This document shows, piece by piece, positions 56,827-56,883 of a stretch of 56,883 nt of DNA. The notes beneath the pieces are model-generated. The model saw only the letters and a program-made list of their open reading frames with translations. It did not search any database and was not told the DNA's origin. The stretch spans positions 1-56,883 of the forward strand of contig VBOT01000052.1 in NCBI GenBank assembly GCA_005893225.1, written 5' to 3'. Positions within the stretch are counted from its first letter, which is position 1; each line of letters starts with the position of its first letter. This DNA comes from Candidatus Eiseniibacteriota bacterium (GTDB taxonomy: Bacteria; Eisenbacteria; RBG-16-71-46). Both the position numbers and the translations under genes were made by a program.

Positions 56827-56883
56827 CTTCTTCCATCCCGACTGTCACGGTCGGCCCCGGAGTCTCACCGGGTCAGCGGCCGC
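56827..56883 (-). ncRNA. FMN (RFN) riboswitch, 3' half (5' part beyond window edge)
   Basis: Minus strand GCTGACCCGGTGAGACTCCGGGGCCGACCGTGACAGTCGGGATGGAAGAAG matches the RFN 3' consensus; directly upstream of ribD. Confidence 0.92.

Noticed and set aside
56741-56848. N-terminal extension of RibD to 56848
   Set aside because: Overlaps the FMN aptamer and expression platform; ATG 56740 has an SD and matches the usual RibD start.

Overview
High-GC bacterial chromosomal window. The gene content (T9SS/FlgD-type C-terminal domain protein, DUF2723, YfhO, meso-DAP-type MurE) suggests an FCB-associated lineage such as Ca. Eisenbacteria; that assignment is inference only. Almost every gene is on the minus strand. 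From the right end: the 3' half of an FMN riboswitch; ribD-ribE-ribBA-ribH-nusB; then a tightly coupled ~30 kb surface-glycosylation region. That region encodes several GT4/GT2 enzymes, four GT-C-type membrane proteins (including a twice-frameshifted DUF2723-TPR gene and YfhO), two polyprenol-phosphate sugar synthases, two flippase-like proteins, HddA/HddC, an AsnB-like amidotransferase, a FemAB/GNAT protein, two methyltransferases and a PorZ-like beta-propeller. It is interrupted by a lower-GC HNH endonuclease insertion and a 145-bp MITE-like inverted-repeat element. Next is the dcw cluster mraZ-(STAS)-rsmH-ftsL-ftsI-murE-murF-mraY-murD-ftsW-murG-murC-ftsQ-ftsA-ftsZ, with a clear sigma70 promoter and MraZ boxes and no murB or ddl. 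The left end has rpmB (+), recG, a zinc-ribbon gene, an MFS transporter (+) and the end of a GT4 gene. Most interesting: a possible T9SS-cargo glycolipid-anchoring locus (PorZ/VimA/WbpS-like), a STAS gene inside the dcw operon, two doubly coupled Arg-rich micro-ORFs flanking ftsQ, the HNH insertion with a start-codon-sequestering hairpin, and the MITE. All calls come from motif reading without database searches. Most long ORFs in the track are GC-rich shadow frames, and starts were trimmed by hand.
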